A DNA stretch of 64,000 bases from Octopus sinensis (GCF_006345805.1 NC_043016.1:21948001-22012000), one strand, 5' to 3'. Positions 23,770-36,739 are shown, counted from the stretch's first letter. Numbers and translations: made by a program. Notes: generated from the letters alone by a model not told the origin.

Positions 23770-26700
23770 ATTGAATCTTTGCATTGGTATAATGGAAAAA
23801 TATGGAAATTGTACTGCAACTAACCTGGCTACACCAATCGCACAGATGGGTCTATTCCCAATACACAAGACCACCACAGCAAATAGACCGAAAGTGGATG
23901 CCACTGGCAACAGCACAGACATCACATCGGTGCTCTTACTGAACATCAGAGGACTGTTAACACTTAGTAACAGGACAAAAATTCCTTTCATGAGAGACTT
24001 TGTTGCGTGCAATCAAGCCTTATGCATACTACTTACAGAAATGTGCCTAAAACCAGAATTGCAAATGCAGAAATACACATACTACAATATGTCATATTAC
24101 AGACCAACAGAAAAGAAAGGAGTCATGGTGGAATTGTTATGTACATCTGCGAAGACCTCACACCCTGGGTCCTCTTGTCATACTCAAATTCAGTATGTGA
24201 CACATTAATTGTACATATAAGACAACTTGATGTAGTTATATGTACTACATATTACCCTCCAGATGCTCCGAATCATGTGGACAAGTTTGAAGACTGCCTT
24301 ACAAAAATAGAAGTTCTAGTTACATTAGAACAACACATAAGTGTACTTCTTATGAGAGACTTCAATCTAGCCAATGTTGGATGGCCTGAGGGCCTTTCTC
24401 TCCCATGAATAGCATGTTGCAGACAAGAATAGGTGTAGTCCCTCTTTGTACATGGAACAAATAGTACTCCAACCAACCAGGGGAGGGAACATACTGGATC
24501 TCTGCCTCACAAATAATATGGATCTCATCCATAATGTGAAAGTGACACCAATGCTACTCTTGGTTCACAACTTGGTAGAACTAACCATGTACAGACCAAA
24601 GAAAACCATAGATGGCAACCTACAAGAAACTCTCAAAATCTTTCCAGTTTGAACTTCCATAAGGCAAACTGAAAACAAATTGAGAAAGAGATCCTCAAAC
24701 AAAACTGGACTAAATGTTTCTCCTCAGAGGACATTGACATGAAACTTCAACAATTCATGTCTGTAATGCAAGCCACATGCTACAAATATGTCCCAGAGAT
24801 GAAGGCCACTGTTCACAAGAACAAAATCCCCAGGGAGAGGGAAGTTCTTCTAAGACAGCATACAAAAATTTCAAATTGCCTAAACAAAAGTAAAAAAAAT
24901 TGAAAGCAGTGAAAAATCCCACCTGAAAATACAACTGCTGGAGATTGAAAAAAATCTGCAACTCTCCCACGAAAAAGAAAGAGACGGAAAAGTAGCCTGG
25001 ACTATAGACAGTATAAAATCTAACCCCAGAGCCTTCTACAAGTTTGCCAAAGAAACAGCCTCAGTGCACTGCAGGGTAGGGCCACTCCTTGAAAAGATGG
25101 TTCACTCACAGGATACGTGAAATATTAAATGAGCACTTCAAAAGTGCTTTCCCTCTACCCCTAGGACATTTGCAAGTCAGCAATCCACCTGACTTTTTTT
25201 TACCACTGCAGATATAAAAACAGAGGCAGGGATGATTGATTATATCAATATAAAAGAAGATGATGTAATAAGGGTTATAGATGAGATGAACCCGAACTCA
25301 GTTACTGGCCCTGATGAATTCCCAGCAATCCTTCTAAAAGCATGTAAGCGAGTCCTAGCAAGACCACTGAAGTCTCTCTTCCAGAGTTTCCTTGCAACTG
25401 GCAAACTTCCAAGCAAGCTGAAGAAAGGTAAAATATGCCCCATTCATGAAGGAGGTAGCAAAGTAGAGGTCAAAAACTACAAACCTATCTCTCTGATCTC
25501 GCACATCAGCAAAGTCATGGAATGAATAGTTAGAAGAAAACCAATCAGCTTCCTTGAGGAAAATGACTTGCTGACTGACACCCAACATGGTTTCCAGCCA
25601 GGAAGAAGCTGCCTAACTCAGCTCTTACAACACTATGATTGGGTGTTGAAACAGCTCCTCAACCACTCAAATGTGGATGTGATATATCTCAACTTTGCAA
25701 AGGCTTTCGACAAAGTTGATCATGGTATGATAGGTCACAAACTACATGATCTCAGCATAGTCAGGAAAGTGGGAGAATGGCTGCATGACTTTCTGAACAA
25801 TAGAAGTCAAGCAGTAGTAGCCAATAAGGCTACCTCTACTGACATGCAAATATTGAGCAGTGTTCCACAAAGCACTGTTTTGGGACCACTACTGTTTATA
25901 ATGGTCCTCTCAGATATGCCCTACAGAGAGCCATGATCACAAGTTATGCAGATGATACAAAACTCCCACAGGTGATACAGAACCCTGAAGATGCTATGCA
26001 CCTGCAACATGAGTTAGATGAAACATACATGTGGGCCAAGAAGAATAATATGCAGTCTAATGCTGAAAAGTTTCAAGCCCTATGCTGTCAACATGCAAAA
26101 CTAACTGCAATACCAATAAAATACACTGGACCTGGAGGGATTGCAATCCCAGAGACACAGTGTGAGACCTGGGCATTTACATGAGTAATGATTCATCCTT
26201 CCATGTACTTGTTGCTAAGTTGGAAATGAAATGCAGATGGCTGACTGGATGAATTCTTAGAACTTTTAAATCGAGAAATCAGGAAACCATGATGGTCCTC
26301 TAGAGGACATTTGTCCTAAGCCACTTTAACTATTGCTCCCAGTGTCAAATTAATTACAGAACTTGAGGCAATCCAACAAAGCTACATGAAGAAGACAGCC
26401 TCTATGTGGTATATAAGCTTTTGGGAAAGACTCAAGAGATTGAGACTCTATTCCCTAGAGTGCAAGTGGGAAAAGTATGCCCTAATATACATCTGGATGA
26501 TCCTGGAGGGACTTTCCCAAACTTTGTCATTGAGAGTTATACTAATGCTATAACAGGGTGCCACTACATAGTGCCAAAGATTCCAACTTTGCCATCAAAA
26601 TATCAGACAAGATATTGCAACAGCCTGGGCTATGAAGAACCTGAGGGATCTGCATGGGGTGGATGTAGGTGTCTTCAAAATGAAACTAGATCTCTTACTG

Positions 26701-26890
26701 TCAAGTGTCCCAGATGAACCAACTTCACAGCAGGAAGTGCAAATGAGAGCAGCGGCATCAAACTCCCTCATGCACCAAATGTCAGGTTCCAAAATGAATT
26801 AGTGAAGAAAAAGTTATGTAGCAACACCAAATGGTGGTGCTCCAGCATGACCACAGCTCATGAGTTGAAACCAGTTTAATTCAATTCAGT
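23770..26890 (+). mobile_element. CR1-like LINE ORF2 (APE + RT), decayed, 3' end present
   Basis: LLLNIRGL, LLTEMCL, DFNL, GNILDL, GPDEFPAILLK, QHGFQPGRSCLTQLL, FAKAFDKVDH, YADDTK; stem-loop 3' tail at 26833-26872. Confidence 0.9.
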
Positions 26891-26896
26891 TCAATA

Positions 26897-27086
<190 letters not shown>

Positions 27087-27152
27087 GGAGTAAACACATA
27101 AATTGAACAAGGTGGAAAAAAGAGTACTCAAATACCAGTGGTAGAGTATATG

Positions 27153-27307
27153 CTTTATTTAAAGCAGCAGAAAATTCAACAAAACCTGTTACTCTGATTT
27201 CCCGTTGCCGTTCATCGGACAGTTTTTGCTAGTAAAAACTGTCCGATGAACGGCAATGGAAACTCAGAGTAACAGGTTTTGTGTATTTTCTGCTGCTTTA
27301 AATAAAG
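27153..27307. ncRNA. ~155-bp near-perfect palindrome made of two inverted hammerhead-like motifs
   Basis: Right arm: CTGT-CCGATGA-A-CG-GCAA-TG-GAAA-CTCAGAG-TA-ACAG (27239-27275); the left arm is its reverse complement with small differences. Confidence 0.6.
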
Positions 27308-27327
27308 TATTATATAATATATATTAA

Positions 27328-27370
<43 letters not shown>

Positions 27371-27529
27371 GTGTGTGTGTATGTATGTAAAAAAATACAA
27401 ACTGGGACAGGAACGCAAAACATTTAGAAGACGATACAAAAAACACGGATAGGACATTCGAAGCCTTCAATCTTCAGTCAAGAACCGGATCATCTTCGCA
27501 ATTTCGGCATGCACATAAAAGTAGGGAAT

Positions 27530-28800
27530 GTATTTGTAGGGTCAAATCAAAAACAGGAAGAGAGGGATAAGGAGAGGGACAAAATAAAAGAAAAAAAAAG
27601 AGAAAAGAAAGAGAAGAAAGTAAGGACAAAAATAATAAAATAATAAAAAAAGAAAAAACAGGAAAGGAGGAATAAAGGAAAGAAAGAAAAAAGAAAAACA
27701 AAGATATAGATAAGGGAAGTATACTAGTTAGTGTACATAAAAGATGTGAGATATGTAGGGATATTGTATTTGTAGATCCATTATTTAGGCAGAATGGTTA
27801 CATATAAGATTCCAATACCTTATAAGTAAAATCCAATAGTATTTAAGAGTAAGCACATAAATGCGAAACAAGGTGGAAAAAAATAATACTCGAATATATT
27901 AAAAAGCAGCAAAAATATTACAAAAACTGTTACTCAGAGTTACAGGAATTTGAATCTCTGAGTAACAGATTTTGTGTATGTGTGAATGTATGTATGTATG
28001 CAAGGTATATACCTGTGTATACAGGGGCAATAATACATGCAGACGAACGTATATGTGCATATACATATGAGTAAGAGTTGTATATGTAGATTTTGATATG
28101 TATAAACATCTGTATAAATATATATACAAGTCTAATATATACATATGTTTACATTTTCACATATATATTTTCTTCTACTACTAAGCACTGACCTGCCAAA
28201 CCATCTAAATTCCTAAATTCTTCATTCCTTACTTCTAACCCTCTCTCTCTGCCCCATGACTTAGACTCTATCACTACACATTTACCATTTATCAGCCCCC
28301 CCCTCATTCCTTCTATCTTTTTACATTCTAATACCTTTCTCTCTCTTTCACCCTTATCTCCCCACTCCTACTTTCAAATTATCTCCACTGACCACTAACT
28401 GGTACACTTTCCCTTATCTATATCTTTGTTTTTCTTTTTTCTTTCTTTCCTTTATTCCTCTCTTCTTGTTTTTTTCTTTTTTTATTATTTTATTTTTCTC
28501 CTTACTTCTCTTTTTTTTTCTCTTTTTTCTCTTCTTTTTTCTCTCCCCTTATTCCTCTCTTACTGTTTTTGATTTGACACTACTAATACATTCCCTACTT
28601 TTAGGTCACTTTAGATAAAACCCTTGATTCAATAACACTGTGTGTAAACACTGTACTTGGAATGACCAATTTTGGATTTTACTCAAAAGGAATTGGAATC
28701 AATAATAAATCTCTGAACGAGATGTAATAATCTTATATGTATACCATTCTGCCTAAATAATGGATCTACAAGTACAATATCCCTACATATCTCACATCTA
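27530..28800. repeat. Inverted, rearranged pair of related segments (probable PLE remnants)
   Basis: 27530-27735 matches the reverse complement of ~28390-28600; 27738-27815 matches the reverse complement of ~28730-28800. Confidence 0.65.
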
Positions 28801-28977
28801 TTTTCATTCCTCCACCTCAATCTCTATTTTGTATCTTATCTAAATAAACTATTACTTAACCACCCTCTCATACCATCTCCAATGAATAAATATCCTGGAA
28901 ACAGCTGTAAGACCTAATCTATAAGTTTTCTAAAATCTACACAGCCTTCGTTTTTTATCTCATTGCGATAAAAAATT

Positions 28978-29016
<39 letters not shown>

Positions 29017-29135
29017 TTACACACACACATACATATATAGATAACAAATGACAAACTCAAATAAAAAATAAAAGTCGAAGGGATGTTTACAATGAATATC
29101 ATTATCAGACACATTTATTTATATAGATAGGTACA

Positions 29136-29500
29136 GATGTGGCTGTGTGCTAAGAAGCTTGCTTCCCAACCACATGGTTCTGGGTTCAGTCCCACTGCAT
29201 GGCACCTGGGGCAAGTGTCTTCTACTATAGCCTCAGACTGACCAAAGCCTTGTGAGTGGATTTGGTAGATAGAAGCTGAAAGATGCCCATCGTGTGTGTG
29301 TGTGTGTCTATGTCTGTGCTTGTCCCCCCACAATCGCTTGACAACTGATGTTGAAGTGTTTACATCCTTGTAACTTAGCAGGTTGGCAAAAGAGACTGAT
29401 AGACTAAGTACTCAGGTTACAAGGAATAAGTCCTGGGGTCAATTTCTTTGACTAAACCCTTTAAGGTAGTGCTCCGGCACTGGAACGAGTAAAAGAATAA
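29136..29500 (+). mobile_element. SINE family 2
   Basis: gtggctgtgtgctaagaagcttgc...gggttcagtcccactgc...aataagtcctggggtc...gtgctcc; homologous to 57926-58341. Confidence 0.85.
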
Positions 29501-29524
29501 TACAATAAAACAATATACTTTACT

Positions 29525-29572
29525 ATTTTACATATACATATATAATATGTGTGTACATATGTATGTATGTAC

Positions 29573-29603
<31 letters not shown>

Positions 29604-29628
29604 TGTATGCATGTATGTATGTATGTAC

Positions 29629-29659
<31 letters not shown>

Positions 29660-29795
29660 TGCATGCATGTATGTATGTATGTATGTATGTATGTATGCAT
29701 GTATGTATGTACGTACATACGTTTGTATGTATGTATGTATGTATGTATGTATATATGTACGTATGTATGTATGTTCGTACGTATGTATGTATGTA
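29525..29795. repeat. (TATG)n microsatellite
   Basis: Direct reading. Confidence 0.95.
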
Positions 29796-30039
29796 AGGGA
29801 TAGATGGAGTTTCTGTGTTTAACAAAGCCATGTAAGGGGTAGATGGAGCCTGATACAAAACCAAGTGAGGTCGATTTGCTCTTCTTTTTGGATCATGTTT
29901 TATAGTTTAGAGAGTGGGATCAGTCCTGTGCAAAATTTTGCCTCACTTTAAAAAGCATCAAGCACAGGTATCACTTGAAAGGAAAAGGAAATGAACACCT
30001 TGCATGTACATTACTGGCCAAGACCTAAAAAAGGCACAA

Positions 30040-32400
30040 TCAAACAATCAAAGTCAATATTGGTACTGATGTAAATGGCAAGAAGGGCTCTGAAACACTT
30101 TGTTTTGTGGTCTGGCCTTGTAGGTGTCCCAGGGCACCACAGCCTAGGTCTGGTCATCATCCTGCAACTGTGAATAAATTCAGGTTAAGGTGTAAGCCTA
30201 TGAATATTGGCTGTTGGAAAGTTCAGACCTTATTAGACAATGCACTGTTGAAATCTCATCCAAAGAGAAGATCTTCACTTGTTGCAAAAGAGTTACAGTG
30301 ATATGGTATGGATGTTGTAGCATTAGCCAAGACAAGAATTCATGGAAAAGGGAATTTTGCAGAGAAATCTGCTGGATATCATTTATTTTGGAGTGGTCGG
30401 GATGAGATTGGTAAGAGAGAATCAGGAGTAAGATTTGCAATTAAAACCACTCTGGTTTTGAAACTTGAAGAACTGTCATATGGTCATTCTGATTGTTTGA
30501 TGCCTTTAACAGTTCCATTAAGAAATGGTCACCATGCAACATTTATAAGTGCATATGCTCCAACTGTGAATTTGTCCTAAGATGATAAACTTATCTTCTA
30601 TCCATCACTTACAGAGATTATCTGCAGTATCCTAATGACAAAGTTGTCATTTTAGGTGATTTTAATGCTTGCATTGGTGCAGATTGGTAAACTTGGGGTG
30701 TTTTCGGAAAGCATGGGGGTGGGAGTTTCAACAGTAACGGTTTATTGCTATTACAGACGTGTGCAGAGTGGATCTGTGTGAGATGAACACAATGTTTCAA
30801 CTAAAAAATAAATATAACGGCGGTGCATCAGCATGGCCACAGCTCTGAGCTGAAACTAGAAAAAAAATAAATAAAAAAAATAAAGCAACATGGATGCATC
30901 CTCAAACTAAGAAATGGCACCTTATAAATTATATCCCCACTAGGAAACATGATATCAGGGACTTTTATAGTTATGTGTGGTGCAGAGTGCTGGAAGGACC
31001 ATAGGCTTTTACATGCTAAGGTAAATTTTGTTGTCAAGTCTAAGGTTAGAGCAAACAATGTCAAGTTACCTAAATAGATCAATGTCAATAAACTTAAGAT
31101 ACTATCAGTACACAGTGATTTTGTGAGTGAGATAAATAATTTGTCCTGTAATGGAAGTTGGAATTCGTTCAAAGAGAGAGTCTACGAGATTTGTAGTAAC
31201 ATTCTTGGTTTTGTGTGAAAAAGCATCAGGATTGGTTTGACGATAATGATGAAAAATTGCTCTTATCTTAGAGGAAAAGCAAAAGGCATTCAATATGTTT
31301 GCATGTTGCTAAATGCTGACTTTTCAATGAACAGGACAGCAGCTATACATTTTGAGGCAGTAAAAGCAATAGTGCAGAGGAAGATGAGGATGATGCAGGA
31401 GAATTGGTGGAATGATAGATGCAATGAAATTCAAGAAACTTCAAATGCTAACAATTTAAGACTTTTTAAATCTATCTTGAAAAAGTTTTTGATCCAACTT
31501 CATCAATGGTTACTTCACTTTATAGCAAGGTTGGCACAGAATTACTAACAAATCCTAGAGATATTGTTAGGAAATGGAAAGAGCATTTTGATGTGTTGCT
31601 CAATAGACCCACTGAAGTTGATCTCTTTGTTCTTGATAATATACCTGAAAGGCCAACAAAACATCATTTAGTAGAGGTTCTGAATCTGGCTGAAATAGGA
31701 GTGGCTATCAGGAAATTGAACAATGGAAAGGCCCCAGGTATGGATGGATTAGGTGCAGAGATATACAATTATGGTGGTAAACATCTCTGTACAATGTCGA
31801 CAGATGTGATTCAGAGGGTTTGGTATAGTGAAGTGGTTCCTCGGGATTGGTGTTATACAATTTTGGAGGTACTCTATAAATCAAAAGGTGGAAAGGATTT
31901 CTGCAATAATTGTTGTGGCTGGCAAAATCCTTTGTAGAGTAATGCTGAATAGATTGCTTCTGTACAATGCTAGTGAGGTTCAACCAGAATCATAGTGTGG
32001 GTTTAGTGGTGGTAGGAGTACTCTGGATTTGGTATTTTCAGCTAGACAGTTTCAAGATACGTATATTGAACAGGATATAGAGTTATATCAAGTTTTTATT
32101 GACCTGACAAAAGCATTTGATTTTGTAAATAGAGTTGCACTTCCAGAAATCCTGAAAAAGCTGGGCTACCCTGAAAAATTTATGAGAATTCTTAGACAAT
32201 TTCATGACGTGATAAAGGTGAGAGTTAATGTTGGAGGTACCTTGTCAGATCCAATCTCTGTAGAAAATGGTGTAAAACAAAATGATATTCCTGCTCCTAC
32301 CTTGTTTGCACTGTATTTTACAATAGTCTTTCAGATATCCTTCAAAGATTGTACTGAAGGAGTTTATGTAAGATGTAGAACAGTGAGAAAATTTTCAACC
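30040..32400 (+). mobile_element. RTE (BovB-like) LINE ORF2, APE + partial RT, decayed; a short SINE tail is inserted at ~30818-30880
   Basis: NIGCWKVQTLLD, GYHLFWSG, FISAYAPT, WKEHFDVLLNRP, NGKAPGMDG, FIDLTKAFD, GVKQNDIPAPTLF. Confidence 0.9.
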
Positions 32401-32454
32401 TCAAAAGACTTTATTTACAATTGATGGATATTTGTCCTCATCTTCTTTGTTGTT

Positions 32455-32500
32455 AACACAACATTTCAGCTGATATACTCTCCAGCCTTCATCAGGTGTC
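32455..32500 (-). ncRNA. Minimal type-I hammerhead ribozyme motif
   Basis: GACAC-CTGATGA-A-GGCTG-GAGAGTATAT-CAGCT-GAAA-T-GTT-GTGTT; stem I GACAC/GUGUU. Confidence 0.65.
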
Positions 32501-32589
32501 TTGAGAAAATTTTGAACCTGGGTTCTCATTCCTATGGTATTTTTTGATGTTGTTGTTGTTATTATTATCAATATAATTATTATTATTCA

Positions 32590-32661
32590 GGTCACTGCCT
32601 GGAATCGAACTTGGAATCTTGGGGTTAACAGTCCATGTTCTTAACTACTATGCCATATGCC
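32590..32661 (-). promoter_or_regulatory. tRNA-like 72-nt segment with Pol III A and B boxes (not a functional tRNA)
   Basis: ggcatatggcatagtagttaag (A box)...ggactgttaacccc...aagttcgattcc (B box) aggcagtgacc; the acceptor and T stems pair poorly. Confidence 0.65.
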
Positions 32662-33199
32662 TATAAGCAATTATGGAGTGAATTTTTGGACTTATAAATC
32701 TAATACTCTCCGATTCTTCCTTAATACCGGTTCCCATATGCTGTTCATATCTGCACTTGGTCTGCTTAGGAGGTTGTTGTGTCCTAACATATGTGCTGCT
32801 TCTTTTATTTTTCATATTTTCCAGTGGTGTTCTCTGTCTATTATTTTAACTTCATCCCACAGGGGGAGGTGGTCTCCATTTTTCCATACATGGTCAGCTA
32901 TACCCAATTTATCAACATCTACCCATGTCATAGCTTTGCGATGTTCCTCTACCCTTATTTTGAGGGGGCGGCATGTTTCGCCTTTGTATAACCTACTACA
33001 AATGCATGGGATGGAGTACATGCAGTTCTTAATCATATTCTCTTCTATTGGTGGTTTGACTCGAAGGAGATATTTGCAAAGTGTTGTACTACTTTCGAAT
33101 ACTGTCCAGATGTCATATGGGCTGCATATCTTTTGTATCTTTTCAGAGAGGCCTTTCACATAGGGTAGACAGACTGTGGACAGTTTATCAGTTTCATCC

Positions 33200-33503
33200 T
33201 TTCTTTTCTTCATAATTGGAGTGGAGAGTATGTGTGTGTGTGTTTGTATATGTGTGTGTGTACCTCTTTCTCCTGTGTGCATGTCTGAGTGTGTGTATGT
33301 GTGTTTTGCAACTATTTACCGTGTTTGTATGTATGGATGTGCATCTGTATGTTGATCTGTTTACTTTCATATCCATATGCTTACATACATGTGCATATAC
33401 ACATATATATTCATACACCCACGCACCACACACACACATATATATATTCATACACCCCCCCACACACACACACACACATACATACATCTATCTACATATA
33501 TAT

Positions 33504-33545
<42 letters not shown>

Positions 33546-35141
33546 ATATATATATACATACATTCACACACACATACATACATACATACATACATACATA
33601 CATCTATCTACATAACAGCCCACTAACTATTCTACTCTACCTGTGTAAACTGTGGGTATGGGGGTATGATATCTACTATGTATATTTCCTATTTAGTATT
33701 GGGGAAGTTTCATTTATGAGGACATACTCCTGTATTTGTCTGAGTGCTGGGTCCTTTGGGTGCTTGGATAAGATGCAGATGTCAAGTTCACCCAGGCTAC
33801 TTCCATGCTGGTCCTTGGCATGTTGGTAGAGTATGGAGAACTGTTTTTTTGTCGTCATATTGTCTCAAATGTTCATTTAGTTGTTCTGCAATGCTCCTAG
33901 ATGTCTCCCTTATGTATGTCATGTCCATATCTTTACAAGCACCTTCTATGCATCTTATGCTGTAAACTACATTTCGAGTTCTACAGTTAATGCCAGGGCT
34001 AATCCCACATGCCATGCAGTTATCATTGGTGCATATGGTATTCTCAAAAGGGTACATAGTTGTTATCTGACGGAGTTCTCTGGTTTTTCAACAATCTTAA
34101 TGTTGAGTTTGGTCTCCTTCAGAGCTTTTCTAAATCTATGGGTTAGTTCTCCATGGGCTGTGGTCTCTACAAACATCACTCCTTGATATTTATCAGTTTT
34201 ATACCATGTGTTCGCTCTGTTTGCTTTGTCACAAGTTCTTTGTATCCTATTCCAGTCTTTGTTTCTATATCTAGGGCAGGTACCACTGATATCATTACGT
34301 ATAATGTTGTCTAATTTCTTTCTAGCTCCCTTGTATACCCGAACCCTATCTTTCTGATCATATCCAGAGAACTGCATGCGGTGTATAAAGTTCTGTATAT
34401 GTTTCTTCATTTCATAGGGTTCGCATAGTGGGGACACGTTGTTCATTATTCTAACCAAGTCTGCTATTAGTATGTTAATTTTCATGTTGTGTGACAAAAC
34501 TGAGTTCTTGTGAACAACATATTTTGAAGCTATAGGTTTCATGTAATAGGAGTGGAGGAGCTGCACTCTATTGTTCACAGTCTCTAACCAAAGTTCAGTA
34601 TCAGGTACGAGGAGTCTATTGTTGGCATGCTTAGTGGGGTAATCTATAGTTACCTTGATACTTTGGTGGATGGAGTTAGCTACATGCTGGATGCTCTCCA
34701 TTACGTTCCTCTCAGTTTCTACACTACCATTACTAGAGTTGGTCCTATTATATTAATGTCATCTTCATATCTACTGTAGAGTAGGAGAGTTGTGGACTGT
34801 TCTGCTAACATTTGCTTAAGTTTTCTGTCCCACAAGGTCATGAAGAGGCCAGCCACATCTGCAGCTATACCTATACTGATGGCTGCACCTTGAACCTGCA
34901 TGTATAGTTTTTGTTAAACTTTACTATGTGGTTTTTCAAGGTGGTTTTTACGCTGGCCCCTATTGCATATGCAATCATTTCCCTCACCTGATTGTTGTTC
35001 TCAGGGTTTTGGGTGGGTGCGATCCAGCCACTCCAGAGCTCTGTGGTGCTTTCCTTCACTGCTTAAGTGATGGTGGGTGGTCTTCCCCTCTGTGACCTGG
35101 TGGGGCAGAATCTACTAAGGTCATGGTCATCTAAATAGTCA
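33200..35141 (-). mobile_element. Second copy of the 16490-19210 PLE, 5'-truncated, ending in a fold-back
   Basis: QVQGAAISIG, RYEDDI, 212-aa thumb ORF, CTNDNCMACG..NCRTRNVVYSIRC...YIRETSRS; the CA-rich 3' region is shared with copy 1. Confidence 0.9.
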
Positions 35142-35259
35142 CTGTATGACTATTTAGATGACCATGACCTCATAGATTCTGCCCCACCAGATCACCGAGG
35201 GGAGGACCACCCACCATCACTTCAGCAGTGAAAATGACTATACAAACACACACATGCAG

Positions 35260-36720
35260 CCCCCTAATTATGTAACTCTAAACTCTTTAGGGGTACCAAT
35301 TATGGAATGAAATATGGTAAATGCTACTCATGTAAATGCTTAGGTGCTGGGAGCTCTTTAAAACCACTCTTTTCTCAGCCAGGCATAATCTGTACTTCCC
35401 TCTGCTATTGAAGTATGCTTTACATTTGTCTAGGATCTTCCACTTTATGCTGTACTCACTGGTACTTTCTTTCAATGACCATATGTGCTTGGCCAGAGTT
35501 GTGACATTACATCTCTCTGGGATGATGAAGGAGGACTTGTGGTTTTTATAGTAGGTTTTGCAGGAGCCTTCAGTTGCTCCTGCGTTTGGTTGCCCATTTG
35601 GTCCTATTGCTGTTACCTCTGCCTCATGTACAATGGTCTCTGTGTTACAGTGGCTGTTCAGTGGAACGTTGTGTTACCCTTACACAAGCATCCTGCCTCT
35701 TTCTCAGGTGTGGGCCTACCTAGTAAAATCTTTTTTACATTGGATGCACAACTAAAGGAAATTCTCAGGGTGTGCCTATTAAATATTTTGCTGAACTTAT
35801 TTGTATGAAGAAAATACTTGTCTACTAAGCAATGGAAAATCTTACCTACTTGGGTTTTAACACTTAAATAGATGGGGAGCATGAACCACAACACTTTCCA
35901 GGGGCTCTTTCTTTTGGAGGAATTAGGGTCTGGCATGTAACTAATTCTATCCTTGAAACTGCTAGCCTTGTTGCAATATGGGATGGCAGCATCAAAAATC
36001 CTTTTGCTTGAAGGTAGGTTGGATATTCTTCTGCTGATGCCCTTTATCAGGTTCTTGAAAACTTTGGCTGGATGACAGGAACCTGTGTTAATATATGATA
36101 GCTTATCATTTGGCTTCCTAAGGGGTCTATAGGCACTGGACTCCAAGTCCAGGATCACATCAAGGAAATCCACCATTTTTCGGGAAATCATGATGCTGGT
36201 GTGGCTGTTTGTCCCTCTTGATATTGCCAGCAAGTCATCCTTTTAGAGGCCAAAGATAGTGGAAAGGAACTTCTTTTTGAGTACAACTAGCTTGAAGAAA
36301 CCAACAAAGTCACAAATGTCAGTGCTATCAAAAGCACTCATTGCTACATTGAAGGAGCCATTACTGAAGAGTAGGATTTTTCTAGTGTGCATGATAATGC
36401 ATGTCATTGTCACCAACTTCAGTGTTGGTCCTAGGGAAGTCCAGAGCCTTAAAAAGAAGCTCCCTCAATATAGATGGGTAAAAAGTCCACTAGATTAAAT
36501 TGGGTAAACCTAGCTCCACCCATTCCACTGTTGGTTTTAAACTGTCATGACTTCGTTGGTGTTCGACCATAGGGTGAGGCCAGAAGCACTTCTAACACCG
36601 TTATTGATCCTCCTGATGAGCTGTTTGTTCACCTGTCCAATCACAGACTTTGCAAGGTTTATCAGCCTGCATGCGATATTAGAGGCAAAGTTTTATTTAT
36701 AGTCCTTGATCATAATAAAG
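35260..36720 (-). mobile_element. Penelope-like element (third family): RT + GIY-YIG, decayed
   Basis: CRLINLAKSVIGQVNK, VDFLDVILDL, YINTGSCHP, KIFNRHTLRISFSC, YSIKWKILDKCKAY...RLCLAEK. Confidence 0.85.
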
Positions 36721-36739
36721 GTTTCTTTCTTCGCAATGT

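Larger units (their letters stand above)
32420..33190 (-). mobile_element. Penelope/Poseidon-type PLE 3' end: GIY-YIG ORF (stop at 32692-32694), tRNA-like segment, (AAT/AAC)n, hammerhead motif
   Basis: LPYVKGLSEKI, CMYSIPC.CSRLYKGETCRPLKIRVEEH, IADHVW, KEAAHM. Confidence 0.85.

Noticed and set aside
32590-32661. Functional tRNA gene
   Set aside because: A and B boxes are present but the acceptor and T stems do not pair; treated as a tRNA-derived promoter. The SINE heads were rejected as tRNA genes for the same reason.
36612-36660. CTGATGAG hammerhead core
   Set aside because: No GAAA follows, and the opposite strand is PLE RT coding sequence (VIGQVNKQLIRRIN).
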